Origin: an uncultured Chloroflexia bacterium | GTDB taxonomy: Bacteria; Chloroflexota; Limnocylindria; Limnocylindrales; CSP1-4 | Assembly: GCA_963743815.1 (NCBI GenBank) | Contig: CAVURB010000003.1 | Coordinates: forward strand, 169,504 to 233,503 | DNA: 64,000 nt | Direction of reading: 5' to 3' | In this document: in pieces, positions 31,028 through 46,090 of the stretch | How positions within the stretch are numbered: position 1 is the stretch's first letter | How the letters are laid out: each line of letters begins with the position of its first letter | Made by a program: the position numbers and the translations under genes | The notes under the pieces: model-generated | What the model was told of the DNA's origin: nothing | The model's input: only the letters and a program-made list of their open reading frames with translations | Databases searched by the model: none

Positions 31028-34000
31028 GTGGCGAGCACCGAACGCATCCCGTACGCCGAGCTCCACGCGCACACGAACTTCTCGTTCCTCGACGGCGCGT
31101 CAGCACCGGACGACCTGGTCGCGCGGGCGGGGGAGCTGGGTCTGACGGGCCTCGCCGCCACGGATCGCGACGGCCTCTATGGCGCGGTCCGGTTCTCCGC
31201 CGCGGCCGAGGAGGCGGGGCTCCATCCGGTCATCGGCGTCGAGGTCGAACTGCTCGATCCGGTCGTCGCCGACCCGGCCGGTGTCGTGGTCCCGCCCCGC
31301 CGGCCACGGCGTCGTCCGACGCGCCGCGAAGGGCCCGTCGAGGGGCGGCCGATCGACGAGGGTCGCCCGGCCCGCCCCCGTCCGGAACGGGCTCGACTGC
31401 CCGGCTATCGCGATCCGGTCAAGGAGGACCTGCGAGGCATCGGGCCGCGGGCGCGTGGTCCCAGGCTCGTGCTCCTGGCCCGCAGCCAGGTCGGGTGGCG
31501 GAGCCTGTGCCGTCTCCTGTCGGCGGCCAACCTCGCCGGTACGAAGGGCGTCCCGCACGTCCGCCACGCCCTGCTCGCCGAGCATCACGAGGACGTCGTG
31601 GTGCTGTCCGCCGGTCGGAGCGGCGAGATCGGCCGGCGCCTGCTCGTGGGGGACCGGGCCGGGGCACGAGCCGCCGCGGAACGCCTCGGCGCGATGGTCG
31701 GCGATGGCGGCCTCGTCATCGAGCTGTCACACCACCTGCTCCCCGACGACGACTGGCTCGTGGCCGAGGCCGCGGCCCTGGCGACGGACCTGCGGTTGCC
31801 GGTCGTGGTCACCAACGCGGTCCACTACGCCCGTCCGGAAGATCGCGAGTTCCACGACGTCCTGACGGCGATCCGGCACGGCCGCACGCTCAATTCGCTC
31901 GCCGACCTGCGTCGGCCGCACGGCGAGGCGTACCTGAAATCCGGCGCTGAGCTGGCGGCGCTGGGGGCCTCGCTGGACAGTGCGGCGGCTCGGGCGTGGC
32001 GCCAGGGGATCGAGCGGTCCGTGGAGCTCGCGGCGTCGTGCTCGGTGGACCTCGCGTTCGAGCAGTACCGCTTCCCGGGGTTCCCGGTCCCGGACGGGGA
32101 GACGCCGTTCAGCTTCCTCACGGAGCTGTGCTGGGCGGGCGCCCGTCGCCGCTACCACCCGATGACGTCGGCGGTCGTCAAGCGGCTCGCCCACGAGCTG
32201 GACGTCATCGAGCGAGCCGGCCTCGCCGAGTTCTTCCTCATCTGTTGGGATCTCATGCGCTTCGCGAAGGAACGGGGGATCCCTGCCCAGGGCCGGGGCA
32301 GCGCGACCAGCTCGATCGTGTCGTACACCCTCGGGATCAGCCGGGTGGAGCCGATCGCCCACAACCTGCTGTTCGAGCGGTTCATCAATCCGGGCCGCAC
32401 GACCTATCCGGACGTGGACATCGACTTCTCGTCCGAGCGCCGGGAGGAGGTCATCCAGTACGTCTATGCGCGCTACGGCCCCGAGCACACGGGGATGGTC
32501 TGCAATCTCGTCACGTATCGGGCACGGTCGGCGGTGCGCGAGGTGGGCTACGCACTGGGGTTCCCGCGGCCGCTGGTGGACCGGGTGGCGAAAGCGCTCG
32601 AGACGTACGACTCCGTGATGGTCCGGCGGGACCTGGAGGCGGACGGTGGGTTCGCCGAGTTCTTCCGACGGAGTGGCGACGGGACGCCGGCCGAGGCGCT
32701 CGCAGCCAAGGAGGCCGAGGCTCGCGGGCTCGTCGACGGGATGGGCCAGTTGCAGCAACGGGTCCCGCTCGTCGGGAAGGTGCCGCCCTGGCGGCAGCCA
32801 CCCAAGCCCGAGCACCTAGATGCACCGCGGCCGTTCGCCTGGCTGGGGGAGGGCGGGGACGGCGACGGCGGGGACGGGTCCGCGGCGACGGACGGGTCCG
32901 CGGCGCCGGTACGCCCCGCGATTCCGCTCCCACCGGTATTTCCTGGGGTACGCGCGCCACAAGGAGGGATCGAGCCGTCGGACGGGACGCATCCGGGCAC
33001 GGGCCACGCTCAGGCCGGGCCGGATCGGGGCGATCCCGGCGCGGGTGGAGGGCCTTCCGGGCCTCGTACCCCCAATTCGTACGGTGGGAGCGCACTCGGT
33101 GCGGGGAACGGCGGCGCGGAGGCAGCAGCGGCCCACAGCGACACGGCAGCAGCGGCCCACGACCCCGATCCGCTGGCACCGCGGACGGCGATCCGGGGCG
33201 GTGGGACCTCGGACGACGAGGGCGGACCCGGGCGACACCCCGGCCAGCGTCGCCTGGCTGCGGGCCGGTCGGGGCACGGGCTACGCCGCGGACCAGGACC
33301 GCCTCGTACCGGCCGTGCCCGACGCCGTCGCCGTGGACCCGGAACACGGCCAGCCGCTCCCGCCCCCGCGCCGGACGGACCGCCTGGGCCGGCCGAGCAT
33401 GTGGGACCCACCTCCAACGCCGGCGAACTCGAGCTCGGTCGCCCGCGTGGAACCCGAGGCGCCACCACAGGCCCGCGGCGGCTCCACGGTCGGGCTCAGC
33501 CACTGGGAGCGCTGGCTCGAGTTCTGCGCCCGCATCGATGGCTTCCCGCGCCACCTCTCCATCCACAGCGGTGGGATGCTCGTGACCGCGGCGCCGCTCA
33601 TCGATATCGCGCCGATCGAGCGCGCGACGATGGTCGATCGGGTCGTCGTCCAGTTCGACAAGCGCGATGTCGAGACGCTCAAGCTCATCAAGCTGGACCT
33701 GCTGGGTCTGGGGATGCTCGCGGCGATGGACGAGACCATGCAGCTCATCGAGCACGACTGCGGGGTCTGCCTGGACCTGGATCGCCTCCCCGAGGACGTG
33801 CCGGAGGTCTTCGCCATGCTCCAGGCCGCGGACACGGTCGGGGTCTTCCAGGTGGAGAGTCGGGCGCAGATGCAGACGCTCCCCAAGTCGAAGCCGCGGA
33901 CGCTCGACGACCTCGTCGTGGAGGTGGCGATCATCCGGCCGGGGCCGATCCAGGGCAATGCCGTCCACCCGTTCCTGCGCCGCCGGCAGGGCCTGGAGCC

Positions 34001-35405
34001 CGTGACCTACCTGCACCCGAGCCTGGAGCCGGTCCTCAACAATTCGATGGGCGTGATCCTCTACCAGGAGCAGGTCATGCGCATCGCCATCGAGGTCGCC
34101 GGGTTCACCCCGGCGGAGAGCGACGGCTTCCGGCGGGCGATGGGAACGTGGCGCTCCAGCCGCGAGATGGAGAAGCTCCACCGTCGGTTCGTGGAGGGCG
34201 CGCTGCGGCAACCCGGGATGGCAGATGACACCGCCGAGGAACTGTTCCGCCAGGTCGCCGCGTTCGCGAGCTTCGGGTTCGCCAAGTCGCATGCGGCCGC
34301 CTTCGCGCGGACCGCGTATGAATCGTCGTTCCTCAAGCTGTTCTACCCGGCCCAGTTCCTCGTCGGGCTCATCAATGCCCAGCCGATGGGCTTCTACCCG
34401 GTGGAGGTGCTGGTCAACGACACGAAACGTCACGGGGTCGCCGTCCTGCCGGTGGACATCAACGCCTCGTCGTACAAGACCACGACCGAATGGGTAGGCC
34501 CGGACGCCCAGCCCGACCCCGTCATCTCGTCCGCCTGCGTGCTGCCCTCGACCGAGGCGCGCGACCGCCTGACGCCAGCGGTGACGCGAGGCTGGGGTGT
34601 ACGGCTGGGCCTCCAGCTCGTCAAGGGGATCGGGGAGCAGCACGAAGCGCTGCTGGATACCGAGCGCGATCGCGGACCGTACGCGTCGCTTGCGGATGTC
34701 GTGGAGCGGACGGACCTGCCCGAGGAGGTGCTGGAGCGCCTCATCCGGAGCGGCGCGATGGATTCGCTGGGCCGGCCGCGACGGGAATTGCTCTGGCAAC
34801 TGCGCGAGGTGGCCGGGGCATCGCGCGGGCGGATGGACGGGCGGACGACCCGTGCCCTGGGCCGGGCGGCCGGCAAGCGGGGTGCGGCGGCGGGGCGGCC
34901 GATGGACCTGCGGCTCCCGCCGACGGACGCGCCGGCCCTGCCGCCGATCACCGAATCGGAGCGGATCGGTGATGCCTATGCGGTGCTGGGCGTGGATGCC
35001 GAGCGCCAGGTGGTGACCCTGTTCCGCCCGGCGCTGGATCGACTAGGGGCGGTGACGAATGCGGCCCTTGCCGATCACCGAGCCGGGCGGGTGCGGATCG
35101 GTGGTCTCGTCGTCACGCGCCAGCACCCGATGACCGCGAAAGGCACGGTCTTCCTGGCGCTCGAGGACGAGACCGGCATGGTCAACGTGACGATGTGGCC
35201 GTCCACCTGGGAGCGGCTCCGCGGGGTGGTCCGCCGACACGCCCTGCTGCTCGTGGACGGACAGTTGCAGCGGGAGGGGTCGGTGGTGAACGTGATCGCT
35301 GACGACGTCCAGGTGCTCCCCGAGGTCGCCGCCGCGGCCGGCGGCCCGGTCCAGCCGCACGGCGTCCGACAGATGGGTCATGCCGGGATGCGCCGGCTCG
35401 GTTGA
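31028..35405 (+). CDS. dnaE2: error-prone DNA polymerase III alpha DnaE2, with a low-complexity insert and a frame change
   Basis: PHP N-terminus YAELHAHTNFSFLDGAS and the palm in frame 2 (…GRGSATSSIVSYTLGISRVEPI…DVDIDF). The C-terminal half is in frame 3 (GFPRHLSIHSGGMLV…VFQVESRAQM…FAKSHAAAFA…OB fold). The frames must join somewhere in 33150-33330. Confidence 0.9.
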
Positions 35406-35426
35406 GCGTCCGCCTCGGCGAAACAT

Positions 35427-35466
35427 CGAACGCCGGGGTAAACCCGAGGGCCTACACCGGCGTTCG
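35427..35466. terminator. hairpin downstream of dnaE2
   Basis: CGAACGCCGG-N20-CCGGCGTTCG, a 10-bp perfect stem, 22 nt after the dnaE2 stop. Confidence 0.4.
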
Positions 35467-35634
35467 CGGAGCGCTCTCGTCGCGGAACCTGGTCCCGATC
35501 CCCCTGGCGGCCCGAGCTTCCGCTTCAGGCGATCGGATCCGGGCACCCAGTTCGAGGCATCCGATACGTGTTCGTCCGTGCGCCCGCGGCGGATGGGTCC
35601 ATGGCCGCTTGCGCGCGGCGGACCCCGCGATGGA

Positions 35635-36348
35635 TCAGCGGCGGGCGGGGGCCTTGGCTGGATCGGTGCGGGTGCGGCCGTCGGCGCCGCGCTTGGGCTT
35701 GCCCTTGGTCTGGCGCTGTCGGTTCGGGCTGGACAGCTGCAGGAATCGGCGATACCAGGCTGCGGCCGCCGCGAAGAACGCACCCATGATCGGCGAGAGG
35801 ACGAACGCCGAGAAGATGGCGTCCTGCGCCGCACCCGGGACCGGCGAGGCCGCGACGACCGCCGCGAACACCGTCGTGATGAGGATCGTGTAACAGGTCG
35901 CCGCGACGAGGCCAACGATGATCCCGAGGAGCCAGCTCGCCCGCGGCGCCAGGAACCCGGCCAGGAATACCCCGCCGATCGCGGGGGTCTGGATGAAGTA
36001 GGCGAACATGAACTGCGTGACGATGTCCTCGCCACCGGTGATCGCGAACGCGATCGTGCTCCCGATGACGAGCAGCACCGGCACCCAGAGGGCCTTCGTC
36101 CGGATCGCGATGCCGGGCAGCGCGGCGAGGTCGCCACGGATGTCCAGCGGGCGGAACGAGAGGCGGAACGCCTGCCCCAGGCCGATGCGTCCCGAACCCG
36201 GGTCCTGAGCGGCCGCGGTCGACTTGGCCCGCGGGGCCGCCTCGTCGTCGATCGCGCCGTCGAGATCCATCGACTCCTCGGGCAGGTTGTGCTCGGCGCG
36301 GTATCGACGCCGGGCGTCGGCGCGGGCGGTCCTCTTGGCGCGGGCCAC
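35635..36348 (-). CDS. hypothetical polytopic membrane protein with basic termini
   Basis: 237 aa. Arg-rich N-terminus, 4-5 TM helices (ALWVPVLLVIGSTIAFAI, AIGGVFLAGFLAP, WLLGIIVGLVAATCYTILITTVF...), Lys/Arg-rich C-terminus. Confidence 0.6.
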   Translation of the reverse strand: MARAKRTARADARRRYRAEHNLPEESMDLDGAIDDEAAPRAKSTAAAQDPGSGRIGLGQAFRLSFRPLDIRGDLAALPGIAIRTKALWVPVLLVIGSTIAFAITGGEDIVTQFMFAYFIQTPAIGGVFLAGFLAPRASWLLGIIVGLVAATCYTILITTVFAAVVAASPVPGAAQDAIFSAFVLSPIMGAFFAAAAAWYRRFLQLSSPNRQRQTKGKPKRGADGRTRTDPAKAPARR

Positions 36349-36397
36349 GGTCTCTCCTGGGTTGCCGGTTCGGTGCGGAGTGGCGGAAATCGTAGTC

Positions 36398-36419
36398 GAT
36401 AAGTGCCGGATAAGTGCCG
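36398..36419. repeat. perfect tandem 11-bp direct repeat GATAAGTGCCG x2 in the promoter region of the LTD protein gene
   Basis: Read directly, 56 nt upstream of ATG 36475. The 11-bp (one helical turn) spacing is typical of OmpR/PhoB-type response-regulator sites. Confidence 0.5.
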
Positions 36420-36474
36420 ACTGGTATGACTACGCGGCGCCGCAACCCCGCCCGACCCCGCCGGGAGGTCACGC

Positions 36475-39400
36475 ATGGTTCGCGTCCGGCGCGCGGGGAG
36501 CACCGCGCTCGCTCTGGTCATCGCCCTCGCCTGGATCGGCCAACCGTCGATTCAAACCCCATGGCCCGGTTCGGCGGCCCTCGCCGCCGCGATCGCGTGG
36601 CCGACGTCCGAGCTCGTCGTCTCGGAGGTCCAGACCGGGGGCGCATCGGCGTCGGACGAGTTCGTGGAGGTGGCGAACCAGAGCCCTGCGCCGGTGGATC
36701 TGAACGGGCTCGAGGTCGTGTACGCGACCTCGTCCGGGAGCACCGTGACCCGCAAGGGTGCGTGGACCGCCTCGACGATCCTGTCGCCGGGCCAGCGGAT
36801 CCTGCTCGTCAATGGGGTCGGGTCGCACGCCGCGATCGGCGATGTGACGTACACGGGCGGGTTCGCGGCGACCGGCGGCGCGATCGCGCTGCGGGTGGTC
36901 GGCGGATCCGTGATCGACTCCGTCGGGTGGGGCGACGCGAACAGCGGGTTCGTGGAAGGCGTCGCTGCGCTCGCACCGGCGGCGGGTTCCAGCATCGAGC
37001 GACGTCCTGGTGGACTGGCCGGGAACGGGTCGGATTCGAACGACAACGGCACCGACTGGTTTGCGACCGTACCGAACCCGCAGGGGATGTCCGCGCCACC
37101 AGTGCCGGACGGCGGGCCGGTCCCGACGCCCGCGCCGACCCCGGAGCCCACCGCCGCGCCTACGCCCGACCCGACGCCATCCCCGACGCCCGACCCGACG
37201 CCTGCCCCGACCCCGACCCCTGCGCCGACGGACGCGCCGACGCCCACCCCGGCACCGACCGCGGAACCGACGCCTACACCTGCTCCGATCACGTCCATCG
37301 CGGACGCTCGGTCACTCGCCGACGGCGCCGCCGTGACGGTCGAGGGCGTCCTGACCACGGCGTCGGGCGCCCTCGAGAGCGGTCGTGCCGCCTTCGTGGA
37401 GGACGTGACGGGCGGGATCGCCCTGTATCTGGACGCCGTCGCCGCCCAGCCCCTTGGGCCCGGGACCCGCGTCCGCGCCACCGGGGCGCTCGACACGCGA
37501 TACGACCAGCGGACGCTGCGGCTGGCCGAGGCTGATCTCGAGGTGGTCGGTCAGGCGGACCTGCCGGTCGCCCCCACGATCGACACCGGGCACGCGACGG
37601 AGTCGTTCGAAGGTCGTCGCGTCGAGGTCAACGGCATCGTCGTCGGCGGCGCCGATGCGCTCGCGGATGGGACCGCCGTCTCGATCGATGACGGGTCCGG
37701 CCCGGTGCGGATGGTGGTCGTCCCGGACGCCCTCGGCGGACGCAGTCTCGTGGCTGGGTCCGCGATCCGGGCCACCGGATCCCTCGGACAGCGCGACAGC
37801 TCCGGGACCGGCACGACGGGCTATCGACTGTACGTGACGATGGCGTCCGACCTCGAGGTCACGCCACCGGTGGCGCCGACGCCGACCCCGTCGCCGACCC
37901 CGGATCCCGAGCCGACGCCGACGCCTACGCCGGCGGCGTCGCCATCGCCGGTGCCCACCGCGACCCCGACGGCCGGTCCGTCATCCACGCCCGAAGCGAC
38001 CGCATCGCCGAGCCCGACCGCGTCCGCCATCACGATCGCGGCTGCGCGAGCACTCCCTGTCGGCACGAGCGTCACGGTGCGCGGCGTCGTCATCGCCGAT
38101 GCCGGCCGCATCGGTACCCCATCGCTCGTCGTCATCGGCGACGTCTCCGGCGGGATCGCGGTGCGACTCCCTGCCGGCGTCCAGCCGCCGGCTCGCGGCT
38201 CGCTCGTGGAAGCCCACGGACCCATCGCTGCCCCCTACGGTCAGACGGAGGTTCGGCCGGCGACGGGTGGGGTCCGCGCGCTCGGCATCGGGCCGAGTCC
38301 CGCCCCGAGCGGCGTTGGCGCCGCTGGCCTCGGAGAGGCTGATGAGGGCCACCTGGTCAGCGTCACCGGCCGCGTGGCCGCCAAGCCGTCCCGTTCCGCG
38401 ACGGGCGACATCGGACTGGATCTGGAGCTCTCGAGCGGGACGCGGATCCGCGTCGCTGCGGACGTCTCGAGCGGTGTCACCGTCGCGGACTTCGTCGTCC
38501 GGAGCACGGTCCGACTCACCGGCGTCGTGGGGCAGCGCGCCTCGCGCAAGGACGCCCTTGATGGGTATCGGGTCTGGCTCCGCGACACGGTCGACGTGGT
38601 CCTGGTGGCCGCCCCGTCCCCGAGCGCGACGCCGACGGGCTCGCCCGGCTCGACCCCGAAGCCGACCGCGGGCGCGAGCACCCGTCCCAGCGCGACCCCG
38701 GTCGCCATCTCGACGATCGCCGCCGCGATGAAGATCAAGAACCGGGACGTGGCGATCGATGCCATCGTCACGACGAGCCCCACGCTGCTCGATGCGACCG
38801 GCCGACGGATCGTCGTCCAGGACGCCACGGCGGCGGTCGAGGTGCTGCTGCCGAAGTCCGTGGCGCCGCCGCTGATCGGCGCTCGGGTCCGCGTCGTGGG
38901 TCGGATCGGTTCCGCGTACGGCGCCCCACGCTTGCGCGCCGACGAGATCGACCGGATCGGGACGTCGTCCGTGCCCGGTCCGCTCGTCATCCATGGCGCG
39001 ATCTCGGGAGCGCATGTCTGGAAGCTCGCGGTCGTCAGCGGGCGCATCGACGACGTCCGCAAGCTCGGCGACCGATGGCGGGCCGAGGTCGTCGTGGGCA
39101 CGACGAAGATCCTCGTCGTCGGCCAGCCCGGCGCGGGCATCCCGGTGAGTTCGGTGATCGAAGGTCGGACGATCCGAGTCGTCGGCATCGTCCGGCTCGC
39201 CTTCCCGAGCGCTTCGGACCGACGGCCGTCGCTGCTGCCCCGGTCGCCGGCCGACGTGGACATGGGTGGGCCGGGAGCCACGGCGGGCACCGGGAACGGC
39301 GGCAGCACGGTCGGGACCGGGACTGGCGCGGCTACCACGGCGCGTGACGGCGCCACAGCGTCAGGCGGATCGACCTTCGCGTCCGGCACGGGACCCGAGG

Positions 39401-40032
39401 TCCCCGATCGCGACTTTGCGGATCTCGCGGGCGCCGTGGACACCGTCGTCCGTGTCGGCGGACTGGTCACCGAACTCGCCACCGACGGGTTCCTGCTCGA
39501 TGACAGCACGGCGATCGGTCGCGTCACGCTCACCGGCGCCGCCGTCGAGCAGCTGCCGCTCATCGAGCCCGGCGACGCGGTCAACGTCATCGGCCGGGTG
39601 ACACGGCACGAGGACGGGTCGTTCGCTGTCGTCGTTGACGACCCGGCCGCGATCAGTCTCGGTAGTGATCCGCTGGCCAACGCGGGCGCGGCCGCCGGCG
39701 CAGGCGAAACGGCCTCGGCTGCGAGCCCGTCCGAAGCAGCCGGAACGCACGCCGATGCCCGCGGCGCCGGCTTGGGTGCACTCTCCGCCGGACTCTTCGA
39801 CGACCTCGCCGGTGTACCGGGAGCCGGCGCCGGTCTGGCCTCGCTGTTGGCCATCTGTCTCGCTTCCCTGGCCATCACCGCCCTGCGGCGACGCCACGCT
39901 CAGCGGCTCCTGGCGGCCCGCGTGGCCGTCCGGCTCGCCGGGTTCGTCGGGGCCTCCGCGCCACCACCGACCCCGGCCCCGCCGGCCGCGGCACCGGCTG
40001 AGCGTGACGTGAGCGTGGGTCACGCACGATGA
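36475..40032 (+). CDS. large surface protein: signal peptide, lamin-tail domain, Pro/Thr linkers, three double-OB-like modules of about 190 aa plus one single OB-like module, C-terminal TM anchor
   Basis: LTD: [38 protein letters not shown]...[11 protein letters not shown]. Repeated modules begin [41 protein letters not shown] and [40 protein letters not shown] followed by RRRH. GGAGG RBS. No frame break in 3.5 kb. Confidence 0.8.
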   Translation: MVRVRRAGSTALALVIALAWIGQPSIQTPWPGSAALAAAIAWPTSELVVSEVQTGGASASDEFVEVANQSPAPVDLNGLEVVYATSSGSTVTRKGAWTASTILSPGQRILLVNGVGSHAAIGDVTYTGGFAATGGAIALRVVGGSVIDSVGWGDANSGFVEGVAALAPAAGSSIERRPGGLAGNGSDSNDNGTDWFATVPNPQGMSAPPVPDGGPVPTPAPTPEPTAAPTPDPTPSPTPDPTPAPTPTPAPTDAPTPTPAPTAEPTPTPAPITSIADARSLADGAAVTVEGVLTTASGALESGRAAFVEDVTGGIALYLDAVAAQPLGPGTRVRATGALDTRYDQRTLRLAEADLEVVGQADLPVAPTIDTGHATESFEGRRVEVNGIVVGGADALADGTAVSIDDGSGPVRMVVVPDALGGRSLVAGSAIRATGSLGQRDSSGTGTTGYRLYVTMASDLEVTPPVAPTPTPSPTPDPEPTPTPTPAASPSPVPTATPTAGPSSTPEATASPSPTASAITIAAARALPVGTSVTVRGVVIADAGRIGTPSLVVIGDVSGGIAVRLPAGVQPPARGSLVEAHGPIAAPYGQTEVRPATGGVRALGIGPSPAPSGVGAAGLGEADEGHLVSVTGRVAAKPSRSATGDIGLDLELSSGTRIRVAADVSSGVTVADFVVRSTVRLTGVVGQRASRKDALDGYRVWLRDTVDVVLVAAPSPSATPTGSPGSTPKPTAGASTRPSATPVAISTIAAAMKIKNRDVAIDAIVTTSPTLLDATGRRIVVQDATAAVEVLLPKSVAPPLIGARVRVVGRIGSAYGAPRLRADEIDRIGTSSVPGPLVIHGAISGAHVWKLAVVSGRIDDVRKLGDRWRAEVVVGTTKILVVGQPGAGIPVSSVIEGRTIRVVGIVRLAFPSASDRRPSLLPRSPADVDMGGPGATAGTGNGGSTVGTGTGAATTARDGATASGGSTFASGTGPEVPDRDFADLAGAVDTVVRVGGLVTELATDGFLLDDSTAIGRVTLTGAAVEQLPLIEPGDAVNVIGRVTRHEDGSFAVVVDDPAAISLGSDPLANAGAAAGAGETASAASPSEAAGTHADARGAGLGALSAGLFDDLAGVPGAGAGLASLLAICLASLAITALRRRHAQRLLAARVAVRLAGFVGASAPPPTPAPPAAAPAERDVSVGHAR

Positions 40033-40110
40033 CGCACGCTCCACTCGGCTTGACGCTCGTGAGAGGCCGGGACTATCCTCGGCCGAGTTTCGCGCCAGCG
40101 AAGCACGAAC

Positions 40111-41016
40111 GTGAGCGAGGGAGAGGTCTTGCCGAACGCGGATACCCGCGTCGAAAGTCCCCGCGATCGACGGATCGCGATCCCCGAAGGGGACCGGCAG
40201 TACCACATCGGACTAGGTCCAGGTGACCTGGCCGAATACATCCTCCTCCCCGGTGACCAGGATCGGATCTCGCGCATCGCCGAGCGCTTCGACTCTATCG
40301 AGATGGAGCATCGGCATCGCGAGTTCGCTTCGGCCACGGGCACGTATCGCGGGCTCCGCGTCTCGGCGCTCTCGACGGGCATCGGCACCGACAACGTCGA
40401 GATCGTCATGGCCGAGGTGCTCGCGATCACGGAACGGCCCACGTTCATCCGGGTGGGCTCGTGCGGCGCGCTGCAACCGGAGATGGATCTGGGCGACCTG
40501 GCCATCACCACCGGGGCGGTGCGTCTCGAGTCGACCACGAGCTACTTCGTCCACGATGGGTTCCCGGCGGTCTCGCACCACGAGGCCACCTTGGCGCTCA
40601 TCGAGGCCGCGGAGGGGCTCGGTCATCGCTACCACGTCGGGCTGACGGCGACAGCGCCGGGGTTCTTCGGGGCGCAAGGGCGTCCCATCCCGCAGCTGCC
40701 CATCCGCTACCCTGACCTGGCGGAGGACATGGCGCGCCAGCGCGTCATGAACTTCGAGATGGAGGCATCGGCGCTGCTGGTGCTGGCATCGCTCGCCCGC
40801 TGTCGGGCCGGTGTCGTCTGTGCGGTCTACGCCAATCGGACGACCGGTCAGTTCATCGGTGGAGCGGACAAGGACGCCGCGGAGGCGGCGTGCGTCGCAA
40901 CGGGCCTCGAGAGCCTGCTGGTGCTGGCTCGGATGGATGCCCAGAAGCGCGCTGCATCGGCGGACCGCTGGCGGCCGTCGCTGTGGTCGAGCGAGGACAC
41001 ATCGCGTCATCCCTGA
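40111..41016 (+). CDS. nucleoside phosphorylase, PNP/UDP family 1 (uridine-phosphorylase-like)
   Basis: YHIGLGPGDLAEYILLPGDQDRISRIAERF...GIGTDNVEIVMAEV...FIRVGSCGAL...NFEMEASALLVLA match the family-1 nucleoside phosphorylase blocks. Confidence 0.8.
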   Translation: MSEGEVLPNADTRVESPRDRRIAIPEGDRQYHIGLGPGDLAEYILLPGDQDRISRIAERFDSIEMEHRHREFASATGTYRGLRVSALSTGIGTDNVEIVMAEVLAITERPTFIRVGSCGALQPEMDLGDLAITTGAVRLESTTSYFVHDGFPAVSHHEATLALIEAAEGLGHRYHVGLTATAPGFFGAQGRPIPQLPIRYPDLAEDMARQRVMNFEMEASALLVLASLARCRAGVVCAVYANRTTGQFIGGADKDAAEAACVATGLESLLVLARMDAQKRAASADRWRPSLWSSEDTSRHP

Positions 41017-41072
41017 GTGGATGCGGGACAAAGGTTCCCGTGACGCTCGAGAGCACCCTAGGAGGAGCCCAG

Positions 41073-42519
<1,447 letters not shown>

Positions 42520-42568
42520 CCCGCGGACCCGGCGGTCTCACGACCGCCGGACCCCGCCAAGGAGCAAC

Positions 42569-45718
<3,150 letters not shown>

Positions 45719-45916
45719 GGGCGCCGGGCGGACGCCGCGGGCGGGGCCTTCGGGCTCCGCGGCCGTGGGCGCTGCCAGTCGCGGATCACGACGCCGCCGC
45801 CACGTGGCCCCTACTCCTGCCAGATGCAGTAACGGTCTGCACGCGCCGACGCTCGAGCAAGGATTCGCGTGGTCGTGGCCGGTCGGCACGCTCGCGCCAA
45901 GGTGCGACACCGCCAT

Positions 45917-45975
45917 CTGCAGACCAGTGCTGCACGGTGGCGCCTGGCGACCAGCCGCTGCAGACCAGTGCTGCA
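45917..45975. repeat. 18-bp perfect direct repeat CTGCAGACCAGTGCTGCA x2 (41-bp period) in a convergent intergenic region
   Basis: Copies at 45917-45934 and 45958-45975. Each is itself a TGCAG-N7-CTGCA mini-hairpin. Confidence 0.6.
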
Positions 45976-46090
45976 TCTGGGAACGCGGCTGCGGTCGCGC
46001 GCTCGGCGCCGCGTGACCCGGACGTGACGACGCCCCGGGATGTGCCCGGGGCGGTCGAAGCGGCGGATCGGCGCGGGCGGTCGCGCCCGG

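Noticed and set aside
32760-33500. Intein inside dnaE2.
   Set aside because: The insert has no Cys/Ser-initiated splicing block, no His-Asn terminus and no endonuclease motifs. Its composition is low-complexity with micro-duplications.
37090-37990. Highly repetitive CCGACGCC/CCGACCCC nucleotide tracts that look like tandem repeats or a CRISPR-like array.
   Set aside because: They are in frame within the LTD protein and encode Pro/Thr/Ala linkers ([19 protein letters not shown]...). There is no repeat-spacer regularity.
45917-45975. Possible minimal CRISPR array.
   Set aside because: There are only two 18-bp copies with a 23-bp spacer, no further units, no cas genes and no leader.
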